A stretch of DNA of 64,000 nt from Eubacteriales bacterium (GCA_045596925.1 JAZODH010000058.1:5791-69790), one strand, 5' to 3'; shown: positions 9,464 through 17,542, counted from the first letter of the stretch. Notes: a model not told the origin generated them from the sequence alone. Translations and numbers: made by a program.

Positions 9464-11406
9464 ACCTCGGTCTCCTCGTAGATCTCAAGCAGACGCTCCT
9501 CGATCTCGTTTTTTCGTCCGTCAAGCTCGGCGGCTCTTACGTAGTCGCTGGCGGCGTCGCCGTAAAGCTCCGCTTCGATCTGCTCAAGCTCGCTTTCCAG
9601 CTTTTTTGCTTCAAGACGGAGCTTTTCCATGCGCTTTTGCTCACGGCGAATGTCCGCCTGAGAACGCTTCTTTTCAAGGTAATTGGTCTTCTCCTCGGTC
9701 TGCTCCTTTACGGCAAGCTCGGGGTGGGAAGCGTTGTAAGCGTCGACGCGCTTTTGTCTGAATTCCCTGTATTCGTCGTAACCACCCTGCCCTGCGTGAC
9801 TGATGCGATAATCAAGCAAGTCGCCCGTGTCGCAGAAATCGCCGGGTGCGATCTCAAGGATCCTGGTTGCCAGCCGGTCGATAAAATATCTGTCGTGGGA
9901 AACGGTGACAATGGTTCCGTCAAATTTTTCAAGCGCCTCCTCCAAAACCTCACGGGAATTTATGTCCAGGTGGTTGGTAGGCTCGTCCAAAACGAGCAGA
10001 TTCATGTGGGACAGTATCAGCTTGCAAAGGGTGAGCCTTGCGCGCTCGCCGCCGCTGAGAACTCCCACCTCCTTGAAAACATCCTCTCCGATAAATCTGA
10101 AGAGCGCAAGAGCGTTTCTTATTTCGGTCTCCCTCATCGTGGGGTATGCGTTCCAGATCTCGTCAAGAACGGTATTTGCGGGATCAAGATTCTGGTTTTC
10201 CTGGTCGTAATAGCCGATCTCCACGTTGTAGCCCGTCTCAACAAAGCCTCCTGTGGCGACGGTTTTGCCCAGAAGTATCTTTATAAGGGTGGATTTTCCG
10301 CATCCGTTTGCGCCCACAATGAACACACGCTCGCGCTTCTTTATCATAAATGAGATCTTGTCAAAAAGCTTCTTTTCGCCGTATGCCATGGACAGATTTT
10401 TCGTCCAGATAACGTCGTTTCCGCTCTCGCCGCTATGGTTGAAGCTCATGCGGATAGACTTGGGATCGTTCTCCGGCTTGTCCAGCTTCACCATGCGGTC
10501 AAGGGCCTTCTGACGGCTCTCGGCGGCGATGATGTTGCGCTCGCGATTCCACGCCCTCTGTTGCTCGATGTAAGCCTCCTGGCGCGCGATCTCCCTCTGC
10601 TGATTTTTGTAGTGCCTTTCCTGGATCTCCCGATCCTTTTTTCTTTGCTCCATGCTCTGGGTATAAGAGCCGTTGTAAAGCTTCCCGCGGTGGTTTCCGA
10701 CGTAAAGCGTTTTATTTGTGATCTTGTCAAGGAAATATCGGTCGTGGGAGACCACGATCACGTTCTTTTTATAGGAAACAAGATAATTTTCAAGCCAGGT
10801 AAGCGTCTCGATGTCCAGGTGGTTGGTTGGCTCGTCAAGTATAAGGATGTCCGGCTCGCGGCAAAGCTGACGCGCCAAAGCAAGTCTCGTTCTCTGACCC
10901 CCGCTGAGAGCGTCCACGTGCAGGGACTGTTCCCGCTCGTTAAAGCCCATTTTAGACAGAATTGAGGCGCAACGGGAACGGAATTCAAGTCCGCCCGCGT
11001 CAACGAATCGAGTGTAAAGCTCGGTATATTCCGCCGCTCTTGCCACTTGGTGAGGGTCGTTTTCGTCCTTCATTTTTTCTTCAAGCATTGCCAGCTTCCG
11101 CTCGGCAGCCAGATGCTCGGGGAAAGCGGTATACATCTGCTCGATGACCGTCCCTCCGCACTCCTCGGAGACCTCAAAGGCCCCCTCCTGAGTGAGTATT
11201 CCCACAGTCTTGTCCTTTGAAATGTAAACACTTCCATGATCGGGCTCAAGCTCGCCCGTGATCAGGCGCAAAAGGGTGGATTTTCCGCTTCCGTTGACGC
11301 CGATGACGCCCAGCTTGTCCCCCTCTTCAAGGGAAAATGAAATATTTTCTATAATTACCGTCGTCCCCACCGAAAAGGAGAGGGACTCAACGCTGATCGA
11401 TGTCAT
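9460..11406 (-). CDS. ABC-F family ATPase (two ABC domains plus charged C-terminal coiled coil)
   Basis: 648 aa with two Walker A motifs (GVNGSGKST, GANGCGKST), two LSGG signatures and no TM segments. Confidence 0.85.
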   Translation of the reverse strand: MTSISVESLSFSVGTTVIIENISFSLEEGDKLGVIGVNGSGKSTLLRLITGELEPDHGSVYISKDKTVGILTQEGAFEVSEECGGTVIEQMYTAFPEHLAAERKLAMLEEKMKDENDPHQVARAAEYTELYTRFVDAGGLEFRSRCASILSKMGFNEREQSLHVDALSGGQRTRLALARQLCREPDILILDEPTNHLDIETLTWLENYLVSYKKNVIVVSHDRYFLDKITNKTLYVGNHRGKLYNGSYTQSMEQRKKDREIQERHYKNQQREIARQEAYIEQQRAWNRERNIIAAESRQKALDRMVKLDKPENDPKSIRMSFNHSGESGNDVIWTKNLSMAYGEKKLFDKISFMIKKRERVFIVGANGCGKSTLIKILLGKTVATGGFVETGYNVEIGYYDQENQNLDPANTVLDEIWNAYPTMRETEIRNALALFRFIGEDVFKEVGVLSGGERARLTLCKLILSHMNLLVLDEPTNHLDINSREVLEEALEKFDGTIVTVSHDRYFIDRLATRILEIAPGDFCDTGDLLDYRISHAGQGGYDEYREFRQKRVDAYNASHPELAVKEQTEEKTNYLEKKRSQADIRREQKRMEKLRLEAKKLESELEQIEAELYGDAASDYVRAAELDGRKNEIEERLLEIYEETEV

Positions 11407-11419
11407 TTTTTACTCCTAA

Positions 11420-12055
11420 TTAAAATCTTATCTTTAATTCCTTTGCAACGCCCAAAATCCGCGCACTTCCCGCCTCAAAATCCTCGGGGGTCAGCTCGAT
11501 GGGTTCGTAATCCTCATTTTCGGGCATGAGCAATATTCTCCTGCCGTCTCGATGGAAACGCTTGACGGTCGCACTGTCGTCTCCCACGAGACAGGCAACG
11601 ATGTTCCCCTCCTCGGCGTATTGCTGCTTGCGGAAAAGAACCAGGGAACCGTCAACCATTCCGCAGTCCTTCATGCTGTCGCCGCGGACGGACAAAAAGA
11701 AGTAATCCGACACGTCCTCACCGCGCCTGATGTCCGCCGACTCGTAGCCCAGCAAAGTCTCGTTGGTAACGATAGGCGCACCTGCCCGTATCTCGCCCAC
11801 GATGGGCACGCGTAAAGCGCCCCTGGGGCGGGAGGTGCTCTCAATATCCCGCACAGGCATAAAATCCTCGCCCATGAGAGATTCAAGGGACACGTCGAAA
11901 TATGCCGCTATTTTTTGCATTTTGTCGAGCTTTGGGGTGGAACGTCCGCTCTTCCAATCGCTGAAGGTGGAATTTGAAATTCCCGTCTCCTTTGCCACCT
12001 TGTAGGTGGTCGTCCCTCTTTCGACAAGAAGTTGTTCAAAATTTACATAACTCAT
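11420..12055 (-). CDS. XRE-type HTH repressor fused to an S24 (LexA/CI-like) self-cleaving peptidase domain
   Basis: N-terminal HTH (TTYKVAKETGISNSTFSDWKSGRSTP). C-terminal S24 motifs VRGDSM (Ser) and ATVKRF (Lys). It lacks the winged-helix N-domain of LexA proper. Confidence 0.8.
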   Translation of the reverse strand: MSYVNFEQLLVERGTTTYKVAKETGISNSTFSDWKSGRSTPKLDKMQKIAAYFDVSLESLMGEDFMPVRDIESTSRPRGALRVPIVGEIRAGAPIVTNETLLGYESADIRRGEDVSDYFFLSVRGDSMKDCGMVDGSLVLFRKQQYAEEGNIVACLVGDDSATVKRFHRDGRRILLMPENEDYEPIELTPEDFEAGSARILGVAKELKIRF

Positions 12056-12085
12056 TCTATCGAGTCCTGCCTTATCTTGTAGATT

Positions 12086-12114
12086 TTGCTTAAAGTTTTA
12101 TTTTTTGCTAAAAT
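12086..12114 (+). promoter_or_regulatory. Candidate promoter P0 (TTGCTT-17-TAAAAT with TGn)
   Basis: TTGCTT 12086-12091, 17-nt spacer ending TGC, TAAAAT 12109-12114. The region is AT-rich, so false positives are possible. Confidence 0.35.
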
Positions 12115-12118
12115 GGGG

Positions 12119-12147
12119 TTGACAATATTACGGATTTGCGATATAAT
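12119..12147 (+). promoter_or_regulatory. Perfect consensus sigma-A promoter P1 driving the Zn-ribbon/sigma-like genes
   Basis: TTGACA 12119-12124, exact 17-nt spacer, TATAAT 12142-12147. Confidence 0.7.
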
Positions 12148-12160
12148 TACGCCATACTAT

Positions 12161-12174
12161 TTCGGTTTACCGAA
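12161..12174. promoter_or_regulatory. Candidate operator: inverted repeat TTCGG-N4-CCGAA between the two facing promoters
   Basis: TTCGGTTTACCGAA is flanked by direct ACTATT copies and lies in the predicted overlap of the P1 and P2 transcripts. Confidence 0.4.
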
Positions 12175-12196
12175 CTATTACGGGTTTCATAATCAC

Positions 12197-12225
12197 ATTA
12201 TAACCCCATTTATCGAATTTGTCAA
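12197..12225 (-). promoter_or_regulatory. Perfect consensus sigma-A promoter P2 driving the XRE/S24 repressor
   Basis: Read on the minus strand: TTGACA (12225-12220), 17-nt spacer, TATAAT (12202-12197). Confidence 0.7.
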
Positions 12226-12267
12226 GTAATATCAAAAAACACGAAAAAGAAAGGTAAATGACAAAAA

Positions 12268-12531
12268 ATGTGCAAATTCTGTAAGCAGGTACATTGCCCC
12301 GAGAACTGCCCAAGCTACGGGCTTTTGCCACCCGATTATTCGAACAGACCCCGACGTTTTTGCAGAATTTGTCTGGGGCTTATCCCCTCGGGCGACGTGG
12401 CGTACAGATTTGGAAAAAAGTTTGTTTGCTTTAACTGCACCGAAGAAATGGACGTTCCCGATCTAATGCGGATTTGCGAAATCGAGAACCGCCGCGAGCT
12501 TATCTCAATCTTGGGATTCAGCGCCGACTGA
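12268..12531 (+). CDS. Small Cys-rich (putative zinc-ribbon) protein, unknown function
   Basis: 87 aa with CxxC...CxxxC...CxxC...CxxC (CKFC, CPENC, CRIC, CFNC). First gene downstream of P1. Confidence 0.55.
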   Translation: MCKFCKQVHCPENCPSYGLLPPDYSNRPRRFCRICLGLIPSGDVAYRFGKKFVCFNCTEEMDVPDLMRICEIENRRELISILGFSAD

Positions 12532-12542
12532 GGAGGATCTTT

Positions 12543-12941
12543 ATGCCAAAGACCAATACCGGCAAGTACGCCGACGTGAAAAATTTTCTCGAAAGCTACC
12601 TTATAAATAAAAAAATGATCGAGATGCTGGCATACGAGCGGGAATATTTCGGAGCACAAAGTCAGGGAGACGGTTTTCTCATGCTCCCGGGCGGCGACGA
12701 GGTGATCTTACGCTCGAAAATGTTCAACGTGCGAAAATTTATAACCACCCTTGACAACAACAACTGCAAATTACTTCTATATTACCACTACATACGCGGA
12801 AACTCGGTCGAAAAATGCGCCGAGCTGTTGGGGATCAGCCGCACAAGCGGATTTCGTCTGAAACGCCGCGCGCTTGAGCTGGCGGCGGACAAATATTATG
12901 CTCTGTTCGATCCCGACGGAAAGCCTGTTTCTTCTTTTTGA
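12543..12941 (+). CDS. Sigma-70 region-4-like / phage late-activator-like (DUF1492/ArpU/RinA-type) DNA-binding protein
   Basis: ATG 12543 follows GAGGAGGATCTTT. The C-terminal HTH LLLYYHYIRGNSVEKCAELLGISRTSGFRLKRRALE resembles sigma region 4. The track ORF start 12474 overlaps the previous gene and lacks an RBS. Confidence 0.6.
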   Translation: MPKTNTGKYADVKNFLESYLINKKMIEMLAYEREYFGAQSQGDGFLMLPGGDEVILRSKMFNVRKFITTLDNNNCKLLLYYHYIRGNSVEKCAELLGISRTSGFRLKRRALELAADKYYALFDPDGKPVSSF

Positions 12942-12972
12942 TAAATTTTTATTGTTTTTCGATAAAAAACCA

Positions 12973-13001
12973 TTGACAAACGAGTTTTTATGTGGTAAAA
13001 T
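12973..13001 (+). promoter_or_regulatory. Candidate promoter of the DUF2975-yozG-like operon
   Basis: TTGACA 12973-12978, 17-nt spacer ending TGG (extended -10), TAAAAT 12996-13001. Confidence 0.6.
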
Positions 13002-13042
13002 GCAGTCACAGTCAAATTTTACCCGAAAAGGAAGAAACGAAA

Positions 13043-13516
13043 ATGAAAGACCAAACGAACAAAATACCTTTCGCCACCGTCATAGCCATGGCAATGACGA
13101 TCCTGACCGCACTGCTGGTCGTGGCAATGACTATTTTTCTGCCCGCAATTCTCGATTTCTATCTTGAATACGTCAGCGGCGGGAACGCAAGCTATATCAG
13201 CACTCACAAAACCCCCGTCCTTATCCTGCTCTACGCGGCGCTCATTCCCGTTTACGCGGCGGTATCGGGACTGTTCCTTCTTCTCTCAAACGTTCATCGC
13301 GACCTGATCTTCACCCGCTCGTCGGTCCGTCTTATCAGCCTGCTTTCGGCTTGCTGTTACGCAGAGTCGGTGATATGCGCCGTCCTTTCCCACTATTTCA
13401 TTCTGGGTGCTGTGCTCTGCTTTGCGGCGCTTCTTCTCGGAACTCTTATGCTGGTAGTCCGCTCGGTAATCGCGCAGGCTGCCGAGATAAAAGCGGAAAA
13501 CGATTTTACCGTGTGA
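13043..13516 (+). CDS. DUF2975-family membrane protein (YoaS-like)
   Basis: Four hydrophobic helices and the characteristic C-terminal AEIKAENDFTV tail. Paired with a YozG-type HTH gene. ATG 13043 is preceded by GGAAGAAACGAAA. Confidence 0.7.
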   Translation: MKDQTNKIPFATVIAMAMTILTALLVVAMTIFLPAILDFYLEYVSGGNASYISTHKTPVLILLYAALIPVYAAVSGLFLLLSNVHRDLIFTRSSVRLISLLSACCYAESVICAVLSHYFILGAVLCFAALLLGTLMLVVRSVIAQAAEIKAENDFTV

Positions 13517-13525
13517 GGTGGCATC

Positions 13526-13747
13526 ATGATAATAGTTAATCTTGACGTTATGATGGCAAAGCGGAAGATCTCCCTGGGCGAGCTTGCGGACAGGGTAGGA
13601 ATCACCCCCGCAAACCTGTCTATTCTGAAAACAGGAAAGGCCAAGGCCGTCCGCTTTTCCACCCTTGATAAGATCTGCAGGATCCTTGACTGTCAGCCTG
13701 CGGATATTCTCGAATACGAATACTCCGAAAACGAAATGGAGGATTGA
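13526..13747 (+). CDS. YozG-type (Cro/C1) HTH transcriptional regulator
   Basis: 73 aa. MAKRKISLGELADRVGITPANLSILKTGKAKAVRFSTLDKICRILDCQPADILEY is the typical YozG-family sequence. Confidence 0.85.
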   Translation: MIIVNLDVMMAKRKISLGELADRVGITPANLSILKTGKAKAVRFSTLDKICRILDCQPADILEYEYSENEMED

Positions 13748-13749
13748 AT

Positions 13750-15291
13750 ATGGATAACAGCTTTGCTCCTCAGCCAACTCCCGTCACCCGCACCGAGTAC
13801 GGCAAGACCGACGTGTCTTTTGCGTGGATCTCGATACTGCTGGGCTATCTTATGGTGCTGGCGTGGCCCGGTGCGCAGTACCCGCTGGGAATGTTTCTTT
13901 TCACCGCGCTCTGCTACGGCGTCACCTTCTATTACGTCAAAAAGCAAAACGGCAATCTGCGCGGCGCGCGTTTATCTCTGCCCGTCAGCGCGCTCGTGCT
14001 CAATTTCGGGCTTCTCATAAATTCAAACCACACAGTCTTACGTTCGGTAGTAGCATACAGCTTTTTCGCTTACGTTTTGTGGGTCTACACCGCCTTTGAC
14101 GGCGAAAAGGAGCGTTCCCCCTTTGACGCATACCTTGTGCCGGGGCTGGGCAAAGCCCTGACGGTGCTTCCCTTTGGCTCCTTTTTCTCTGTTTTTGAGA
14201 GCAGCAGTCAGATAAAAAGCACAACGGGAAAGCAGATAACAAAAACTCTGCTTCGCATCGTTCTCGGTCTTGCCATCGCTGTGATCCCCACGATAATCAT
14301 CATGCTTCTCCTGTCATTTGACGAGGGCTTTTCTCGAATAGTAGACAGGATTTTTGACTTCGACCTGTCGGGAATTTTCCGCCACATCGGAAAATTCATT
14401 TTGGGAATCCCCGTTGCCATGTACCTTTTCGGACTTCTTTATTCCGCGTCCTCGGGCAGATACGGCCGCGGGATCAACCGCGAAAAATGCGACAATGCAG
14501 CAAAAAAGGTCAGATTCACGCCCGTAGCTATGGTCTGCGCCGCTCTGACCCCCATTATCTGCCTTTACGGTATATTCTTCTTTGCCCAGCTTGAATATTT
14601 TATTTCCGCGTTTTCGGGCACTCTTCCCCCGCACTTCACCTACGCTCAATACGCCCGTGAGGGCTTCTTCCAGCTTTGCATCGTTTCGGTACTGAATCTC
14701 ATAATGCTGGCGTGCGCCTACCTTTTCTGCCGCCGACGGGACAAAGCACCCTTGATCTTAAAGATCTACTGCACCGTTCTCTCCGCGCTGACACTGGTAC
14801 TCATCACAACTGCACTTTCCAAGATGATAATGTACATCGACACCTACGGGCTGACCGTCCGCCGCGTGCTTGCAAGCTGGTTTATCATTCTCATTGCCGC
14901 CGTTTTTATCTGCATCGTGGTTGCCATATTCGTAAAAAGCTTCAACCTGACAAAATCTTTGTTCTTCGTTTTCCTCGTGCTTTTTGCCCTGCTGGTTTTC
15001 TGCAACGTGGACGGAATGTGCTATTCCTACAACGCCAACCGTTGCATTGAGGGAACTCTTGACATCTCGGCGTTCGAGGGTCCCGAATACAGATACGGCA
15101 TCCACATAGATGAGTTTGCCGTCACCGCCCTTGACAAGATCGCCCGTGAGACTCCCGACTCAAAAAGCGGTGTCTGGGCAAAGAATCAGCTTCAGGCTGT
15201 GGCAAACCACGATCCTTACCTCGAAGACGGCTTCTTTTCGCAAAATCTACCTCGGATTTTACGTGAACACGTGCTGAATAAGTATAGATAG
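13750..15291 (+). CDS. Large polytopic membrane protein (DUF4153/DUF4173-like), unknown function
   Basis: About 513 aa with more than 10 hydrophobic segments. ATG 13750 lies 7 nt after GGAGG. The family assignment is from memory only. Confidence 0.65.
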   Translation: MDNSFAPQPTPVTRTEYGKTDVSFAWISILLGYLMVLAWPGAQYPLGMFLFTALCYGVTFYYVKKQNGNLRGARLSLPVSALVLNFGLLINSNHTVLRSVVAYSFFAYVLWVYTAFDGEKERSPFDAYLVPGLGKALTVLPFGSFFSVFESSSQIKSTTGKQITKTLLRIVLGLAIAVIPTIIIMLLLSFDEGFSRIVDRIFDFDLSGIFRHIGKFILGIPVAMYLFGLLYSASSGRYGRGINREKCDNAAKKVRFTPVAMVCAALTPIICLYGIFFFAQLEYFISAFSGTLPPHFTYAQYAREGFFQLCIVSVLNLIMLACAYLFCRRRDKAPLILKIYCTVLSALTLVLITTALSKMIMYIDTYGLTVRRVLASWFIILIAAVFICIVVAIFVKSFNLTKSLFFVFLVLFALLVFCNVDGMCYSYNANRCIEGTLDISAFEGPEYRYGIHIDEFAVTALDKIARETPDSKSGVWAKNQLQAVANHDPYLEDGFFSQNLPRILREHVLNKYR

Positions 15292-15301
15292 GAGCAAAAT
15301 T

Positions 15302-15580
15302 ATGTGTTTATTATTCGGAATTATTTCAATTATCGCCGCAATTTTTAATGTTATATGGACTATACGACACCGTGAAGCAAAATGGTTTCGCTTTATCAGC
15401 CTGTCATTCACGGCATTGACACTCTGTGCATATTATTCTCTGGCCAATCAATGGGTCTTAACAAATGCCGCAGATCAGTTGCTGGACGTTATGCCCACGC
15501 TGTCGTCGATTTTATGGTTTCTTACCATTGTATCCATAGCTATCAACAGTATTTCTTTGTTTAAAAAGAATAACAAGTAA
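15302..15580 (+). CDS. Small three-TM membrane protein, AT-rich gene
   Basis: 92 aa, AGGAG RBS, three hydrophobic helices. Composition is visibly more AT-rich than its neighbours. Confidence 0.5.
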   Translation: MCLLFGIISIIAAIFNVIWTIRHREAKWFRFISLSFTALTLCAYYSLANQWVLTNAADQLLDVMPTLSSILWFLTIVSIAINSISLFKKNNK

Positions 15581-15600
15581 ATTCATGTTCGTCAAATAGT

Positions 15601-15637
15601 AAGAACCCGACAGGACTTAAAAATCTGTCGGGTTCTT
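15601..15637. terminator. Bidirectional terminator hairpin
   Basis: AAGAACCCGACAG (15601-15613) / CTGTCGGGTTCTT (15625-15637), a 13-bp stem between convergent genes. Confidence 0.75.
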
Positions 15638-15672
15638 ATCATTCTTATGAGAAGCTGCCTTTACACCGTTTT

Positions 15673-16437
15673 TTATTCCGTTTCCTCTGAATAGGCTTTT
15701 ATACCGCCGAGCCTGCCGGCTTCCTTGAAGCCGTCGATACCCGCCCTCTGCATAGCTCCGAAAATACGGTAACGCAAGCCCTTGTGCTTTCTGTCAAGCT
15801 CGGACAGGAGCTTGTTCATCTCCTCACGCTGGGTGTTTCCGTCCGCGGGACATGGAGATTCAATGACGGGCAACTCGTTCCTCGACGCAAAATATTTTAC
15901 GTCCTTTTCGGGCATATAGACCATGGGACGGATAAGATTCAGCCCGATCCTCGAAAGATATGAAACGGGCGAAAAGCACCCGATCCTGCCCTCAAAGAAA
16001 AGATTGAGCATAAAGGTGTCCACCGCGTCGTCAAAGTGGTGTCCGAGAGCCACAGAGGTACAGCCCAGCTCTTTTGCCGCCGTATGAAGTGCGCCGCGGC
16101 GCATTTTAGCACACAGAGAACAGGGGCTTGTCTCTTTTCTCACGTCAAAAACGATCTTTGCTATCTGCGACTTCACGATATGGTATTCCACCTCAAGCTC
16201 ATCGCAAAACTTTTGGATAGGCGAAAAGTCCACGCCTTCAAAGCCCATGTCGATGGTAATGGCGATAAGCTCGAATTTCTTGGGATAAAACCGTCTCAAT
16301 TCCGCCATTCCCGCCAAAAGGGTAAGAGAATCCTTGCCTGCGGAAACGCCCACGGCGATCTTGTCGCCCTCTTGTATCATTTCGTAATCGTCAACTCCTC
16401 GGCGTATAAAGCTCAGGAGCCTTTTTGTTTCGTTCAT
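15673..16437 (-). CDS. ttcA: TtcA-family PP-loop ATPase (tRNA 2-thiocytidine synthetase-like)
   Basis: PP-loop SAGKDS, CSLCAKMRRGAL, and a C-terminal CP..G motif. 254 aa. Confidence 0.8.
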   Translation of the reverse strand: MNETKRLLSFIRRGVDDYEMIQEGDKIAVGVSAGKDSLTLLAGMAELRRFYPKKFELIAITIDMGFEGVDFSPIQKFCDELEVEYHIVKSQIAKIVFDVRKETSPCSLCAKMRRGALHTAAKELGCTSVALGHHFDDAVDTFMLNLFFEGRIGCFSPVSYLSRIGLNLIRPMVYMPEKDVKYFASRNELPVIESPCPADGNTQREEMNKLLSELDRKHKGLRYRIFGAMQRAGIDGFKEAGRLGGIKAYSEETE

Positions 16438-16462
16438 CTATTTTTTACCTCTCGGTACAATT

Positions 16463-17203
16463 TCAAAAATTACAGTTTTCGTATATCTGCCTTACCCTCT
16501 CGGTCTGATTTCCCTTTTCGTCGGTCAGGATCAGAGGCTCGGTCACACGCACTCCGGGCGCACCGCCCAGCTTTGCTTCTACAAGCACCATAGACGGCTC
16601 GCTGTCTGCTCGGGCACAGACAAAGGTCATGCGCTTCGGCTCAAGCCTTGCCCCGCGCAAAGCCGCGATAAGATCGACCAGTCTGTCGGGACGGTAAACA
16701 CAATAGAACAGCCCTCCGTGCTTGAGCATTTTCGCGGCACTGCGACAAAAATCGTCAATAGTACCGCAGACCTCGTGTCGGGCGATGTATTTCTCGTCTG
16801 CCTCGTTACGCTTTCCGCTGTCGGTCTTCATGTAAGGGGGGTTTGAGAACACCACGTCCACCTCACCCTGCGTATCGGCATGGGCCAGGTCACGCACGTC
16901 GCGGCAAAGCACCTCGATCTTATAGGAAAGACCGTTTAATTCCGCATTTCTCCCGATAATGTCCGCAAAGCTCTGCTGCACTTCAACACAAATAACCTTT
17001 TTGAATTTTTCTTTCGCCGCACAGAGAAGTGAGATTATGCCGGTGCCCGCGCCCATGTCTATGGCCACGGCATTCTTTTTCTCTCGCATAAACGCCGCCA
17101 GAAGATAAGCGTCCGTGCCAAATGTCAGCCCCTCACGGTGCTGTATCAAACGGAGATCTTCATTTATCTCGGTAATGCACTCATTTTCACGCAGAACAGG
17201 CAT
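16463..17203 (-). CDS. SAM-dependent N6-adenine methyltransferase, tRNA1(Val) m6A37 TrmN6/YfiC-like
   Basis: DMGAGTGII SAM motif and FSNPPYM catalytic motif. ATG 17203 was chosen because the longer track ORF (to 17341) runs into the ferredoxin gene. Confidence 0.75.
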   Translation of the reverse strand: MPVLRENECITEINEDLRLIQHREGLTFGTDAYLLAAFMREKKNAVAIDMGAGTGIISLLCAAKEKFKKVICVEVQQSFADIIGRNAELNGLSYKIEVLCRDVRDLAHADTQGEVDVVFSNPPYMKTDSGKRNEADEKYIARHEVCGTIDDFCRSAAKMLKHGGLFYCVYRPDRLVDLIAALRGARLEPKRMTFVCARADSEPSMVLVEAKLGGAPGVRVTEPLILTDEKGNQTERVRQIYENCNF

Positions 17204-17229
17204 AAGAAACTCCCTTCCTTTACACAACA

Positions 17230-17257
17230 GGGCTGTTGTGCTTTGGCACAACAGCCC
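17230..17257 (-). terminator. Strong hairpin between ferredoxin and trmN6-like gene (terminator/attenuator candidate)
   Basis: 12-bp perfect stem GGGCTGTTGTGC / GCACAACAGCCC with a 4-nt loop. The downstream U-tract is weak (UGUUGUGU on the minus strand). Confidence 0.5.
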
Positions 17258-17294
17258 GTGTGAGTCGATATATCCGACTGATGATGTAACTGAA

Positions 17295-17468
17295 TTATTC
17301 AGCCTTGGGTGCGCCAACAGGGCAGTTGCCTTCGCATGCACCGCAGTCGATGCACTTCTCAGGATCGATTACGAACTTGCCGTCAGCCTCGGAGATAGCG
17401 TCAACAGGGCAATCGCCTGCACATGCGCCACAACCGATGCACTCTTCTGCATTGATCTTGTAAGCCAT
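17295..17468 (-). CDS. fdx: 2x[4Fe-4S] ferredoxin
   Basis: 57 aa with two CxxCxxCxxxCP motifs (CIGCGACAGDCP, CIDCGACEGNCP). ATG 17468 follows GGAGGACACTGAA. Confidence 0.85.
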   Translation of the reverse strand: MAYKINAEECIGCGACAGDCPVDAISEADGKFVIDPEKCIDCGACEGNCPVGAPKAE

Positions 17469-17542
17469 TTCAGTGTCCTCCAATAAGTAATTTAATTATT
17501 TATGACGTTGGAGAAAAATCTCCGGACGTTCATTTCACGTCA

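Noticed and set aside
12148-12196. Searched for a canonical Firmicute LexA (Cheo) box GAAC-N4-GTTC between the facing promoters
   Set aside because: Not present. The palindrome here is TTCGG-N4-CCGAA, so I do not claim regulation by the host LexA.
16463-17341. Long form of the methyltransferase ORF (292 aa), and the long forms of 12474-12941, 27115-27501, 44499-45248 and 53800-54120
   Set aside because: The upstream extensions overlap neighbouring genes or intergenic promoters and lack an RBS. Internal ATGs with good Shine-Dalgarno sequences give family-typical N-termini.
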